The notes below the pieces were generated by a model that worked only from the letters and a program-made list of their open reading frames with translations, ran no database searches and was not told the origin of the DNA. A program made the position numbers and the translations under genes. From Bacteroidales bacterium (GTDB taxonomy: Bacteria > Bacteroidota > Bacteroidia > Bacteroidales > VadinHA17), in assembly GCA_036743455.1 (NCBI GenBank), contig DAINPM010000002.1, forward strand, positions 7,349 to 71,348: a DNA stretch of 64,000 bases, read 5' to 3'. This document shows positions 19,795 through 29,004 of the stretch, piece by piece. The stretch's first letter is position 1. The number at the start of each line of letters is the position of its first letter.

Positions 19795-20445
19795 CTAAAA
19801 TATCAGCCCGTCTTTTATCTGCAATATTCTATCAGACATATTTGCCAGTTGTCTGTCATGTGTAACAATAACAATTGTTTGTCCGAATGTATCTCTTAAT
19901 CTGAAAAACAGTTTATGCAGCTCATCTTTGTTTTCACTGTCGAGATTTCCCGATGGTTCATCAGCCAGAATAACTGAAGGGTTGTTAATGAGAGCGCGGG
20001 CTACAGCTACTCGCTGTTGCTCTCCTCCGCTTAATTCTGAAGGTTTATGTTCAAGACGGTCTGTAAGATTCAAAAATCCCAACAATTCAGCCGCTCTTGA
20101 TTCAGCATCAGCCTTGCTTCTCCCCGCAATATAGGCAGGGATACAAACATTTTCCAGAGCAGTAAATTCAGGAAGTAGCTGGTGAAACTGAAAAACAAAA
20201 CCTATGTTGCTATTACGAAAAGCAGCCAGGGTTTTTCCTTTTAACTTACTGGTATCTGTTTTTTTATAATATATCTTACCGCTGTCCGGACGATCGAGTG
20301 TTCCTATTATCTGTAATAAAGTAGTTTTACCTGCTCCGCTTGCTCCCACGATAGATACAACTTCCTTTTCTCTGATCTCAAGATCTATTCCTTTAAGAAC
20401 TCTGAGATTTCCGAAAGCTTTTGTAATACCTGTTGTTTTAATCAT
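19795..20445 (-). CDS. ABC transporter ATP-binding protein, LolD/MacB-ATPase-like.
   Basis: It has the Walker A motif GASGAGKTT, the signature [14 protein letters not shown] and the Walker B motif [11 protein letters not shown]. The start is either the ATG at 20445 ([11 protein letters not shown]) or the ATG at 20460. Confidence 0.85.
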   Translation of the reverse strand: MIKTTGITKAFGNLRVLKGIDLEIREKEVVSIVGASGAGKTTLLQIIGTLDRPDSGKIYYKKTDTSKLKGKTLAAFRNSNIGFVFQFHQLLPEFTALENVCIPAYIAGRSKADAESRAAELLGFLNLTDRLEHKPSELSGGEQQRVAVARALINNPSVILADEPSGNLDSENKDELHKLFFRLRDTFGQTIVIVTHDRQLANMSDRILQIKDGLIF

Positions 20446-20554
20446 ACCGGGAAGTACCATTCTTTCTTAGAACACGAACCTGCCAGACCTGCTAACATTG
20501 TGACATTCTGCCACTTCATTACTAATTATATCCGGTAACGCAGGTCGGACAATA

Positions 20555-21037
20555 TTATTCTTCGGGATAATCGTATTTATAGTCATCAGGTACGTCATTA
20601 TCATCCGGTCCTGATGTTTTTTTCTTATCATTAGTATCTTTCTTCAGATTATCAGAAATTTCCTTTGTGTCCTTGTCAACTTCATCAGAAAAATCCTTCA
20701 CATTTTTCTCAATATTTCCGGAAATCTCATTCACATCTTTCTGAACGGATTCAGAGAAATCATCAAGATTACTTTTAATATTATCAGATACTTCATTAAC
20801 GTCTTTTGTAATATTTTCCGAAAGATCAGTTACATCTTTCCTGATAGTATTAGTAACGTCATCAATATCCTTCCTCAACTCGTTTGTATTGCTTTCTATT
20901 TCTCTTTTGATTTCATCTGTTGCTTTTCTGAAGTCACGCATACCTTTTCCGAATGTACGGGCAAATTCCGGCAGCTTATCAGCTCCGAACAGCAATAGTA
21001 TTACCACAATAATAACAAAAATTTCCTGTCCGCTCAT
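20555..21037 (-). CDS. tatA: Twin-arginine translocase subunit TatA/E with a long repetitive C-terminal tail.
   Basis: The ATG at 21035-21037 gives MSGQEIFVIIVVILLLFGADKLPEFARTFGKGMRDFRKA, which is the canonical TM helix followed by the FG hinge and an amphipathic helix. The ORF-track start at 21073 is a TTG. Confidence 0.85.
   Translation of the reverse strand: MSGQEIFVIIVVILLLFGADKLPEFARTFGKGMRDFRKATDEIKREIESNTNELRKDIDDVTNTIRKDVTDLSENITKDVNEVSDNIKSNLDDFSESVQKDVNEISGNIEKNVKDFSDEVDKDTKEISDNLKKDTNDKKKTSGPDDNDVPDDYKYDYPEE
20639..20869 (-). repeat. Seven tandem 11-residue (33-nt) repeats within the TatA tail.
   Basis: The repeats are DIDDVTNTIRK / DVTDLSENITK / DVNEVSDNIKS / NLDDFSESVQK / DVNEISGNIEK / NVKDFSDEVDK / DTKEISDNLKK, covering res 69-145 in ORF-track numbering. 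Confidence 0.85.
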
Positions 21038-21188
21038 AAAACCCCTGTTTTGAGATTTCTTTTCAAAATTCAAAGTTACTAAAGATTCATCATATACTCT
21101 CTTAACATGATCTGTAAAAAAACCGGAACATTCATTTCAATAGCACTTTTTCAGTCTGAAGTCCCGGCAATTTTATTTGTTTTTATCA

Positions 21189-24155
21189 TCAGATCTTTAT
21201 GCCCTTCTTTTTCGTTGTGTCATAAACAAGTGAGCTGGCTATAAATATAGAAGAATAGGTTCCGACAATGATACCAATAATCATTGCGAACAGGAATCCT
21301 CTGATTGTTTCGCCGCCGAAGAAGAACATGATGAGCAACACCAGCAGGGAAGTGATCCCCGTATTCAGAGTACGGGTAAGTGTACTGTTCATTGCAAGGT
21401 TAATAACCTCATTGAACGGCCGTTTCCTGTGCAGGGGCAAGTATTCTCTCAGCCTGTCATAAACAACCACTGTATCATTTATGGAATAACCTATTACAGT
21501 CAGTATTGCTGCAATAAAGGATTGGTCTATTTCCATGGAAAAAGGCATTATTCCCCATAACAGAGAATAGATACCCATAACTATCATTGCGTCATGGGCT
21601 ACTGCAGCCATAGCGCCCAGTCCGTACTGCCAGTTTTTAAATCGTATAAAGATATATATAAACATTATAGCCAGGGAGAAGAAAACAGCAAAGACAGCAT
21701 TTCGCTTTGTATCACTTGCTATAGCAGGACCGACTGTCTCAGAGCTCTGTCGGTAATCAGACAGGAACTCTTCTTCTGTCACATCCGGTCCCAGCAGTTC
21801 TTTTAAACCCTGGTATAACTGTGATTCCACTTCGCTGTCAGCACCACTTTCATCAACTCTGTATTTGGTCATTATGCGAACCTGATTATCGCTACCGTAT
21901 GTAACCACCTGAGGTGTTTCACCAAAAACATTTGTCAACTTTTCAGCTACCTCTGCGGTGTTTACACTTTCGTCAAACCTGACAACATAGGTTCTTCCAC
22001 CTGTAAATTCGATACCCTGATTTAACCCTTTTACAAATAGAGAAGCTATACCGAGAAGGATCAATCCTATTGATATTGAATAGAAGAGTTTTCTTTTTCC
22101 AATAAAATCAACTTTGGCATTTTTAAGGATATTAGCTGTTATTTTTATTGAAAATGAGAGACTGGCATTTCTTTTCAGAAGCCATTCATAGATCAGTCTG
22201 GTTATAAAGATTGCACTGAACAATGAAGTGAAAATACCAATTACGAGAATTGTAGCAAAACCTTTGATCGGTCCTGTTCCAAAAATATACAGGATAATAC
22301 CTGTCAACAGTGTTGTAATGTTTGAATCGAGAATAGCAGACAGAGCTCCTTTATAACCATCAGCGATGGCCAGTTTATTACCTTTTCCCGCTCTCAGCTC
22401 CTCACGTATCCGCTCATATATCAGCACATTTGCGTCGACCGACATTCCCATAGTCAACACTATACCTGCTATACCCGGTAAAGTAAGGACTGCTCCCAGG
22501 GATGTTGTCACACCCATGATCAGGAAAATATTTGCAAGAAGGGCTATGTCGGATATAGTACCGGCGCTCTTACTATAATAGAATACCATATATACAAGAA
22601 CCAGAATAAATGACAGTACAAATGATTTAAGTCCGGCATTTATTGCTTCCTTACCCAGGGTAGGACCAATAACTGTATCAGAGATGATTCTGGCAGGAGC
22701 CGGCATTTTTCCCGATTTTAGGATATTGGCCAGGTCATTGGCTTCATCCAGAGTAAAATCGCCTGTTATCTGAGTGCTGCCACCTGATATCTCGTTTTCA
22801 ACCCTGGGGTATGAGCGTACATAACCGTCAAGTACAACTGCTATACAGCGGCCAATGTTTTCACGAGTCATTCTCTGCCATGTTTTAGCCCCTTCGGTAT
22901 TCATATTGAAATTGACCTGGACTTCCGATCCTGTAACGCCTGAACTTGGTCGTGCTGAAGTGATAACATCTCCTCCCAAGGGAGCTCTCCCGTCACGGGT
23001 TGTAATCTTAATAGCATGGAGTTCATACATTGTTTGTGCAGGATCGTATTTATACGGATTCTGGCTCCAGTAAAATTTCAGATCACGGGGAAACAAGGCC
23101 TTTATCTGATTCATATTCAGATATCTGTTCACCCTGGCTGTATCTACTCCAAGGGCAAGACCCACCATACATGATGGCAATGGTTCACCCTGTGCGGTCA
23201 CTCTGGGTGTAAGTATGCCGAAAAGGGGATTCTGGCGATTGAAGTCTTCTCTGGTTGCAGGTTCACTTATAGCGGTGGTATCCGACTCTATCAGATCGAG
23301 AAGAGCATCATCGCCTGTTCTGGTTGTATCAGTTAGTAAGGAATCTGTTTCTGTCTGAACGGGAAGTTCCGAAGTACTACCAACAATATCTCTCAGAAGA
23401 TTATTCGCTTCAGACAGATAACCTAATATTTCAGCATTTTCATAAGTTTCCCAGAATTCCAGACTGGCTGTTCCCTGGAGAAGCTCCCGAACTCTTTGAT
23501 AATCTGTTTGTCCCGGAAGCTGGATAAGTATACGCCCCTTGGTTCCCATCTGGGTGATGCTGGGCTGGACAACACCAAACCTGTCAATCCTGGAAGATAG
23601 AATATTAAATGCATTTGATATCGCTCCGTCGATTTCTTCTTCAAGCACTTCTAGGACCTCTTCATTGGTGGAATTGAAATTCACTCTGTTCCTGAGATCA
23701 ACTGTATTGAATATGGCAGCAAGTTTTGCATTCGGGTCTATTTCCTCAAAGGCTCTGCCAAAAAGAGTCAGGTAATCCGACTGACTCTGTATCTGTAATT
23801 CATTTGCCCTTGACAGGGCTTCAGCAAAGACTGGATCGGTATTATAATTTGAAAGAGCCCTCAGGATATCTTCCACAGACACTTCAAGTATCACATTCAT
23901 CCCTCCTTTTAGGTCAAGGCCCAGATTGATCTCTTTTTTCTGGACTTCTTTAAAAGTGAAACCAAGATAGTTCCATTGATCTTTCGGAAGGGACGCTATT
24001 GAATCAATATATTGATTTTGTTTGACGAGGTCTCCGTCTGCATATTCTTTAGCATCCTTTTTAACTTTTGCGGTTGCAGCCGTAAAGGAAAGTTCATAGA
24101 TTGATACTAATGCTAATGCAATTGCTAGAATGATAATAGCTGCTTTGTTCTGCAT
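21189..24155 (-). CDS. secDF: Protein translocase subunit SecDF (fused).
   Basis: The 988-aa protein has an N-terminal TM helix, a large periplasmic domain and two 6-TM bundles with SecD/SecF blocks (GLDLKGG, IGPTLG, YERIREE, FTGGR, VVYDRLRE). Confidence 0.95.
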   Translation of the reverse strand: MQNKAAIIILAIALALVSIYELSFTAATAKVKKDAKEYADGDLVKQNQYIDSIASLPKDQWNYLGFTFKEVQKKEINLGLDLKGGMNVILEVSVEDILRALSNYNTDPVFAEALSRANELQIQSQSDYLTLFGRAFEEIDPNAKLAAIFNTVDLRNRVNFNSTNEEVLEVLEEEIDGAISNAFNILSSRIDRFGVVQPSITQMGTKGRILIQLPGQTDYQRVRELLQGTASLEFWETYENAEILGYLSEANNLLRDIVGSTSELPVQTETDSLLTDTTRTGDDALLDLIESDTTAISEPATREDFNRQNPLFGILTPRVTAQGEPLPSCMVGLALGVDTARVNRYLNMNQIKALFPRDLKFYWSQNPYKYDPAQTMYELHAIKITTRDGRAPLGGDVITSARPSSGVTGSEVQVNFNMNTEGAKTWQRMTRENIGRCIAVVLDGYVRSYPRVENEISGGSTQITGDFTLDEANDLANILKSGKMPAPARIISDTVIGPTLGKEAINAGLKSFVLSFILVLVYMVFYYSKSAGTISDIALLANIFLIMGVTTSLGAVLTLPGIAGIVLTMGMSVDANVLIYERIREELRAGKGNKLAIADGYKGALSAILDSNITTLLTGIILYIFGTGPIKGFATILVIGIFTSLFSAIFITRLIYEWLLKRNASLSFSIKITANILKNAKVDFIGKRKLFYSISIGLILLGIASLFVKGLNQGIEFTGGRTYVVRFDESVNTAEVAEKLTNVFGETPQVVTYGSDNQVRIMTKYRVDESGADSEVESQLYQGLKELLGPDVTEEEFLSDYRQSSETVGPAIASDTKRNAVFAVFFSLAIMFIYIFIRFKNWQYGLGAMAAVAHDAMIVMGIYSLLWGIMPFSMEIDQSFIAAILTVIGYSINDTVVVYDRLREYLPLHRKRPFNEVINLAMNSTLTRTLNTGITSLLVLLIMFFFGGETIRGFLFAMIIGIIVGTYSSIFIASSLVYDTTKKKGIKI

Positions 24156-24227
24156 CTCCGTATAATATTACTCTGTAATTATTTATGATCCTTTATTATC
24201 GAGGCGCAAATATATTAAATTTTTTAC

Positions 24228-24260
24228 AAAAAAAAGGCTGAATTATAAATCATCCAGCCC
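24228..24260 (-). terminator. Intrinsic terminator after the TolC-family gene.
   Basis: On the minus strand a 7-bp stem (ggctg 24236-40 pairs with cagcc 24255-59, plus one G.U and one A-U pair) closes a 10-nt loop. A run of 8 U follows (A-run 24228-24235 on plus). Confidence 0.6.
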
Positions 24261-24285
24261 ATATAACAGTAAACCTGTGTTAATT

Positions 24286-25785
24286 TTATTCAAGCAGCAA
24301 GTCGTAATCTGTCTCGAGAGGCTTTCTGCTTACGAAATCGAAAAGTGCAAGGCTTCGAATATTATAATAATAGTTCCAGTAGTTTTGTAAGGCCTGAACA
24401 TAAGCTCTTCTGTTAGAGTCTTTCTTTGTGTCAGCATTATTCAGTTCCAGTACTGATATCTTACCTATTCTGAATCGTTCGTAAGCCACTTCAAACATTC
24501 TCTGGGCGACTGTATCAGATTTGGCAGCGGTATAAACCTGTTCTGCCTGAAGATTGAATTGTTCCACATCCAGAATGAGGTTTGCATCAAAATCCGATCT
24601 TTCCTGTTGGGATGTTACCTGAGCTAACTGAAGGCTCGATCGTGCCATCTGATATCTTCCCCTTCCCAGCCCCCAGTCAAGAATGGGTATAGTAATGCCG
24701 AGCCGTATTGTTTGCTGCTGGTTTGCATCATTATAAGCCTGACGGAAAATAGGATCCTGATCGCGGGTACCGAATGACGCAGTTAAATTTGCATTTAATC
24801 CTTTTTCAGCTTTCGCCTGGGCGACACTACTCTGGGCATTAAGCAGAGTGAGCTGTTGGGAAATCATTTCTGGATTGTTAGTATGAGCCAGTTCCAGAAC
24901 CTCCTGTGGATCAACCTGCAAATCAGGTATCTCATTCGGAAGGATGAGTTCTATCTTAACATTCTCATTAAATCCAAGGAAAGAACGCAACCTGATTTCC
25001 CTGTCACGCAGATTCATATCTGCTTCTTTTCTGGCTATCTCGGTGTTGAGCCAGGAAAGCTGCATTTCCAGCATTTCATCTTCAGCTATTGTCCCAAGAT
25101 TATATCGCCCCTGAGACATCTTCCATAAAGTATCTGCATTGTTATAATTCAGTTCGGCAATCTGTTTGTTTATCTGCGCCAGGGCAAGAGAAAAAAAGTA
25201 CTGGACTGCCTGAAGATGCACGTTTTCAATACTCATCAGATAGTTTTTCTTTGCTTCCTCATATTCCAGCGGGGCTATTCTCTTTTCCCACTTGAGCGAA
25301 TTATATCTGAAAAGTGGCTGAACAAAACGTATACTAATTGGAGCAGTAATGTAATTATTCGTATTGTCTTCAAAATCATTTTCCAGAGTCAGATCCGATT
25401 GGAGTGAAATTGTTCCTCCAGTAAACCCAATATTTTGTGTAAGTGACAATGATCCAATATTTTGCAATACGTTTGTAGATATATATCGCCACTGATTGGT
25501 ACCTGAATCCCAGACCCTGGTATAAGCAGTGGTATAATCAGGAGTTGTTCCTGTGAGGGTAAGAGATGGACGGTATTGAGCTACAAATGTCCTGTACTGC
25601 CAGTAACTGGCTCTGAACCTGTGTCTGGCCATAAGAGCATTTGGCGACTGCTCTTCAGACAATCTTATAACATCATCAAGAGTAAGTCGTTTTAATTCCT
25701 GAGCCGATGTTATCTGTACTGTAAAAAGAAATGTCAGAACTATTGAAAAGACAATTAATTTCTTCATTTTTAATGTTTTATTCAT
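24286..25785 (-). CDS. TolC-family outer-membrane efflux protein.
   Basis: It has a signal peptide and two internally repeated halves rich in coiled-coil and beta segments. The protein is 499 aa. Its ATG overlaps the upstream permease stop by 8 nt (ATGAATAA). Confidence 0.8.
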   Translation of the reverse strand: MNKTLKMKKLIVFSIVLTFLFTVQITSAQELKRLTLDDVIRLSEEQSPNALMARHRFRASYWQYRTFVAQYRPSLTLTGTTPDYTTAYTRVWDSGTNQWRYISTNVLQNIGSLSLTQNIGFTGGTISLQSDLTLENDFEDNTNNYITAPISIRFVQPLFRYNSLKWEKRIAPLEYEEAKKNYLMSIENVHLQAVQYFFSLALAQINKQIAELNYNNADTLWKMSQGRYNLGTIAEDEMLEMQLSWLNTEIARKEADMNLRDREIRLRSFLGFNENVKIELILPNEIPDLQVDPQEVLELAHTNNPEMISQQLTLLNAQSSVAQAKAEKGLNANLTASFGTRDQDPIFRQAYNDANQQQTIRLGITIPILDWGLGRGRYQMARSSLQLAQVTSQQERSDFDANLILDVEQFNLQAEQVYTAAKSDTVAQRMFEVAYERFRIGKISVLELNNADTKKDSNRRAYVQALQNYWNYYYNIRSLALFDFVSRKPLETDYDLLLE

Positions 25786-27166
25786 ATCTTAATGATTCTA
25801 TAGGATCTTTTTCTGATGCTCGTTTGGCGGGTGAATAACCAAAAATAACTCCAACTGCAGCCGATACTCCGAATGAAATAAAGACGGAAAAAAATGAAAC
25901 AACAGTCATTATTCCTGCAATCTGTTCAATCAGTTTAGCCATTATTACCCCGAGAAATATTCCGATAAAGCCTCCCGAAAGACTTATCAGCACGGCCTCG
26001 GAAAGGAATTGAACAACAATGTCCATCTTTTTTGCACCGATAGCCATTCTTGTCCCAATTTCTTTTATTCGCTCCATTACAGAGGCAAACATAATATTCA
26101 TGATACCTATACCTCCGACAATAAGAGATATACTTGCAATAGCTCCGAGAACAATATTAAAAATATCTTTTGTTCTCTGTTGTTGTTTCAACAGTAATTC
26201 CGGGACAGTGATTTCAAAATCTTTGACATTGGAATGGCGTCTTGCCAACATACGGCTCAGCACTTCAGTTGAAGAGTTGATTTGTTCTGTCTCGTCAACC
26301 TGAACAACGATTCTGTCGAGCTGATTATAATTCGTTTCTACATCAGAGCTGGCATCAGAACTACTGACAATGATACGTCCTCTTGCTCCCGGGCCTCCAC
26401 CTCCCATAAACATCAGATTTGCCGAAGCTTCAGATACAAGTTTTGTATTCACAAGAGCTCTGTTCTGATACCTTGAAAGCATTGTCTGTATAGGTATATA
26501 AATATTGTCATTATATACATTAACGCCCTTTTCCTCAAAACCGGTAAGACTAACTGTTGTCTTCTGGAGAACTCCGATAACTTTCAGCCATATCCCGTCA
26601 AATTTTATATACTGACCAATAGGATCAACTTTGCTAAAGAATTTCGCTCTTATATTTGCTCCGATAATACATACAGGTATTCCGTTCTCGGCCTGATAAT
26701 CGTTGAAGAATGCACCTGATACCAAAGGCAGATTATAAAGATGGAAATAATCATTTGCAACACCCACCAGCTTGGCAGAATATCTTACTCCATTCATCAT
26801 AGCTGTTGAATTAAAAGATATTTCGGGGCTTATTCTTTTTACTGAAGGGAGGGTTTCCCTGATTGCTTCCACATCAAGCATACTTAACCCCCGGGAAAAT
26901 TTTTTCTGTTGCTTCTCTCCCGAATCTTCAGCGGATGATCCTTCTTCCTGAATAATGGGATTAATAAGAATATTATTCACTCCCACCATCTCCATCTGCT
27001 CCATAATCTCCTGTTTGGCTCCTTTCCCAATGGCAAGCATAGCTATTACAGCTGCGACTCCGAAAATGATACCAAGAGCTGTAAGCATCGATTTCAGTTT
27101 GTTGGAAATGATTGATTCCACAGCAATCTCAATATCGTGAAAATATCTGAAGATAAATTTGAACAT
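25778..27166 (-). CDS. ABC transporter permease, MacB/FtsX-type with a periplasmic domain.
   Basis: The N-terminal TM helix LKSMLTALGIIFGVAAVIAMLAIG is followed by a periplasmic domain of about 270 aa and a C-terminal FtsX 3-TM bundle (GGIGIMNIM ... ERIKEIGTRMAIGA). Confidence 0.85.
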   Translation of the reverse strand: MFKFIFRYFHDIEIAVESIISNKLKSMLTALGIIFGVAAVIAMLAIGKGAKQEIMEQMEMVGVNNILINPIIQEEGSSAEDSGEKQQKKFSRGLSMLDVEAIRETLPSVKRISPEISFNSTAMMNGVRYSAKLVGVANDYFHLYNLPLVSGAFFNDYQAENGIPVCIIGANIRAKFFSKVDPIGQYIKFDGIWLKVIGVLQKTTVSLTGFEEKGVNVYNDNIYIPIQTMLSRYQNRALVNTKLVSEASANLMFMGGGGPGARGRIIVSSSDASSDVETNYNQLDRIVVQVDETEQINSSTEVLSRMLARRHSNVKDFEITVPELLLKQQQRTKDIFNIVLGAIASISLIVGGIGIMNIMFASVMERIKEIGTRMAIGAKKMDIVVQFLSEAVLISLSGGFIGIFLGVIMAKLIEQIAGIMTVVSFFSVFISFGVSAAVGVIFGYSPAKRASEKDPIESLRYE

Positions 27167-27214
27167 GATATTCTTTATTTAATTTCTAAATTTCTAACCA
27201 CTATTTATAAAATA

Positions 27215-28768
27215 CTACTGTGGCCTTTGCGTTTGTGGAACTCTATTCTGAGTTCGTATAGCAGAAGTATCGGGGATAGGCATTTGTCCCTGTGGCATAT
27301 TAGCTCTCATTTCCATGAATCTTCTCATAGCAGCAGAATCCATTGTTCCTCCGGGGGCTCCTCCCGGGAAATTTCCTCTCATACCTCCGCCGCCACCCAT
27401 TCCGGGAGGCATTCCGGTCATCCCGCCTGCTGCACCCCTGAAGTTTCTCTCTACAGCTTCATTTGCTCTCTTTTCTGCCTCTTTCTTTATTCTCTCTTTT
27501 TCTCTTATCTCAGCAATAAGGTCTTCGCCTGACAGTTTAGTAAATTTCTCGGGTTCTTCAGGAGTATTTAAATACATCTTGTCTCCGGGTTCCAGTCCTT
27601 TCTCTATAACAACATTGTTTTCATTGGATTCTCCAAGCATAACAATCTGTCTTGTGCCGTTTTTCATATAAACGAATGGAATAGTATCAGGAGTGTTGTG
27701 AACACATTCCAGTGGAATGTATGTCACATCATTAATAGTCTTGGTTATGATCTTGTTGCCTGTTGTCATGGAAGGTCTGAGAATCTCGTCCGATTCATTC
27801 AGTTTAACGATAACCTCGAACACTTTGGCATCAGCATTTGGAAGTTGCTCTCCTATATTGGCAACACTTAATACTGTTCCATCGTATTTTTTATCCGGGA
27901 AAGCATCTACCATGACTTCCACCTTCTGTCCGGCAGCAACCTTACTGACATCAATCTCATTAACATATGTTTTTGATATCATGCTCGACATGTCAGGCAG
28001 GGTAGCTACCACATTATCCCATGGACTGATGGATGAACCAATTTTTCTTTTGGCATTGGTCCTGTCTCTGTAATAAATAACCATACCATTTGCAGGAGCA
28101 TAAATATCAAATTGTTCAAGCAATGTCTGCAAATCATTAACCTGTTGACGCTGTTCAGCCAGTTGGTTTTTAATAGTTCGCATATCCGATTTGGCCTGTT
28201 CCACTCTTAGTTCATAACTCCTTTCTGCCTGTTCAAGTGAACGTATAGCTTTCTCAAGCGAAATCTCTGCCTGGCGCTGTGTTGTAGGAGGTTCATATTT
28301 TGATTCCTGAACTGTAATCCTTGCTTCTTCAACACTGAACTTCAAATTCTTAATATTATCCCTCAGATTACTCAGAGTAACAGCTGTATCAAGCATCCTG
28401 ACTTCCAGATTATTTTCAAGAGTCTCCAGATTCTCAAGCTCGTCTTTGAGTGAATTATCAAACGTTGTCTTGTCAAGCGATCCGATATAATCTCCCTTCT
28501 TAACTTCTGTACCTTCCGGGACCAAATCAATGATATTAATATCCATAGCTCTTATTCGCCTGTTCATCATGAATTCCGGCCCTGTAATATCTATTGAATT
28601 CTCAGCCTGTAATTCTCCCGTAGTTGTAACAATTATATCAAATGTGCCTTTTTGTGCTTCAACATACAGATTTGCCATATCTTTTCTCGCAGATATGCTT
28701 CCGATCACAATCAGTGCAATAATAAGAACAACGGCTGCGCTGGCTGCAATAATAATTGTCTTTTTCAT
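27215..28768 (-). CDS. Periplasmic adaptor (membrane fusion protein, HlyD/MacA-like) with a Met/Gly/Pro-rich C-terminal tail.
   Basis: It has an N-terminal TM anchor, a coiled-coil hairpin, and lipoyl/beta-barrel blocks (YAPANGMVIY, AGQKVEVMVDAFP). The last 74 aa are low-complexity. Confidence 0.85.
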   Translation of the reverse strand: MKKTIIIAASAAVVLIIALIVIGSISARKDMANLYVEAQKGTFDIIVTTTGELQAENSIDITGPEFMMNRRIRAMDINIIDLVPEGTEVKKGDYIGSLDKTTFDNSLKDELENLETLENNLEVRMLDTAVTLSNLRDNIKNLKFSVEEARITVQESKYEPPTTQRQAEISLEKAIRSLEQAERSYELRVEQAKSDMRTIKNQLAEQRQQVNDLQTLLEQFDIYAPANGMVIYYRDRTNAKRKIGSSISPWDNVVATLPDMSSMISKTYVNEIDVSKVAAGQKVEVMVDAFPDKKYDGTVLSVANIGEQLPNADAKVFEVIVKLNESDEILRPSMTTGNKIITKTINDVTYIPLECVHNTPDTIPFVYMKNGTRQIVMLGESNENNVVIEKGLEPGDKMYLNTPEEPEKFTKLSGEDLIAEIREKERIKKEAEKRANEAVERNFRGAAGGMTGMPPGMGGGGGMRGNFPGGAPGGTMDSAAMRRFMEMRANMPQGQMPIPDTSAIRTQNRVPQTQRPQ

Positions 28769-29004
28769 CAGATAAATATTTAAATTTTATTGAGTATCCG
28801 GAGCCTTCCGGTATGAACCTGCTGTTTTAAAAACTTAATGATTCACGCCCTGAAGTCCCTCTTCTCCTATTGTTTTTCAAATTAAGCAATAAAAGTATTT
28901 AAAAGCGTTTCTTCTCTTATTCGCATTAACAATATTTAACAGAGAAGTTTTTATGCCTTTTTGAACTAAAGACAGTCACAGGTTTGTTTTTATTCCTGTA
29001 TTAC

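Noticed and set aside
27137-27671. Two plus-strand ORFs (131 and 118 aa) with PPGAPPG/PPPPPIPGG-like sequence.
   Set aside because: They are antisense to the Gly/Pro/Met-rich tail of the adaptor gene. The open frames are a compositional artefact of GGN/CCN-rich DNA.
28769-29004. A 236-nt gap between glmM and the efflux operon, with small hairpins (for example ccgga/tccgg near 28795-28815 and acagg/cctgt at 28978-28999). I considered it as an sRNA or terminator.
   Set aside because: The stems are only 5 bp with long loops and no adjacent U-run. The region more likely just holds the efflux-operon promoter.
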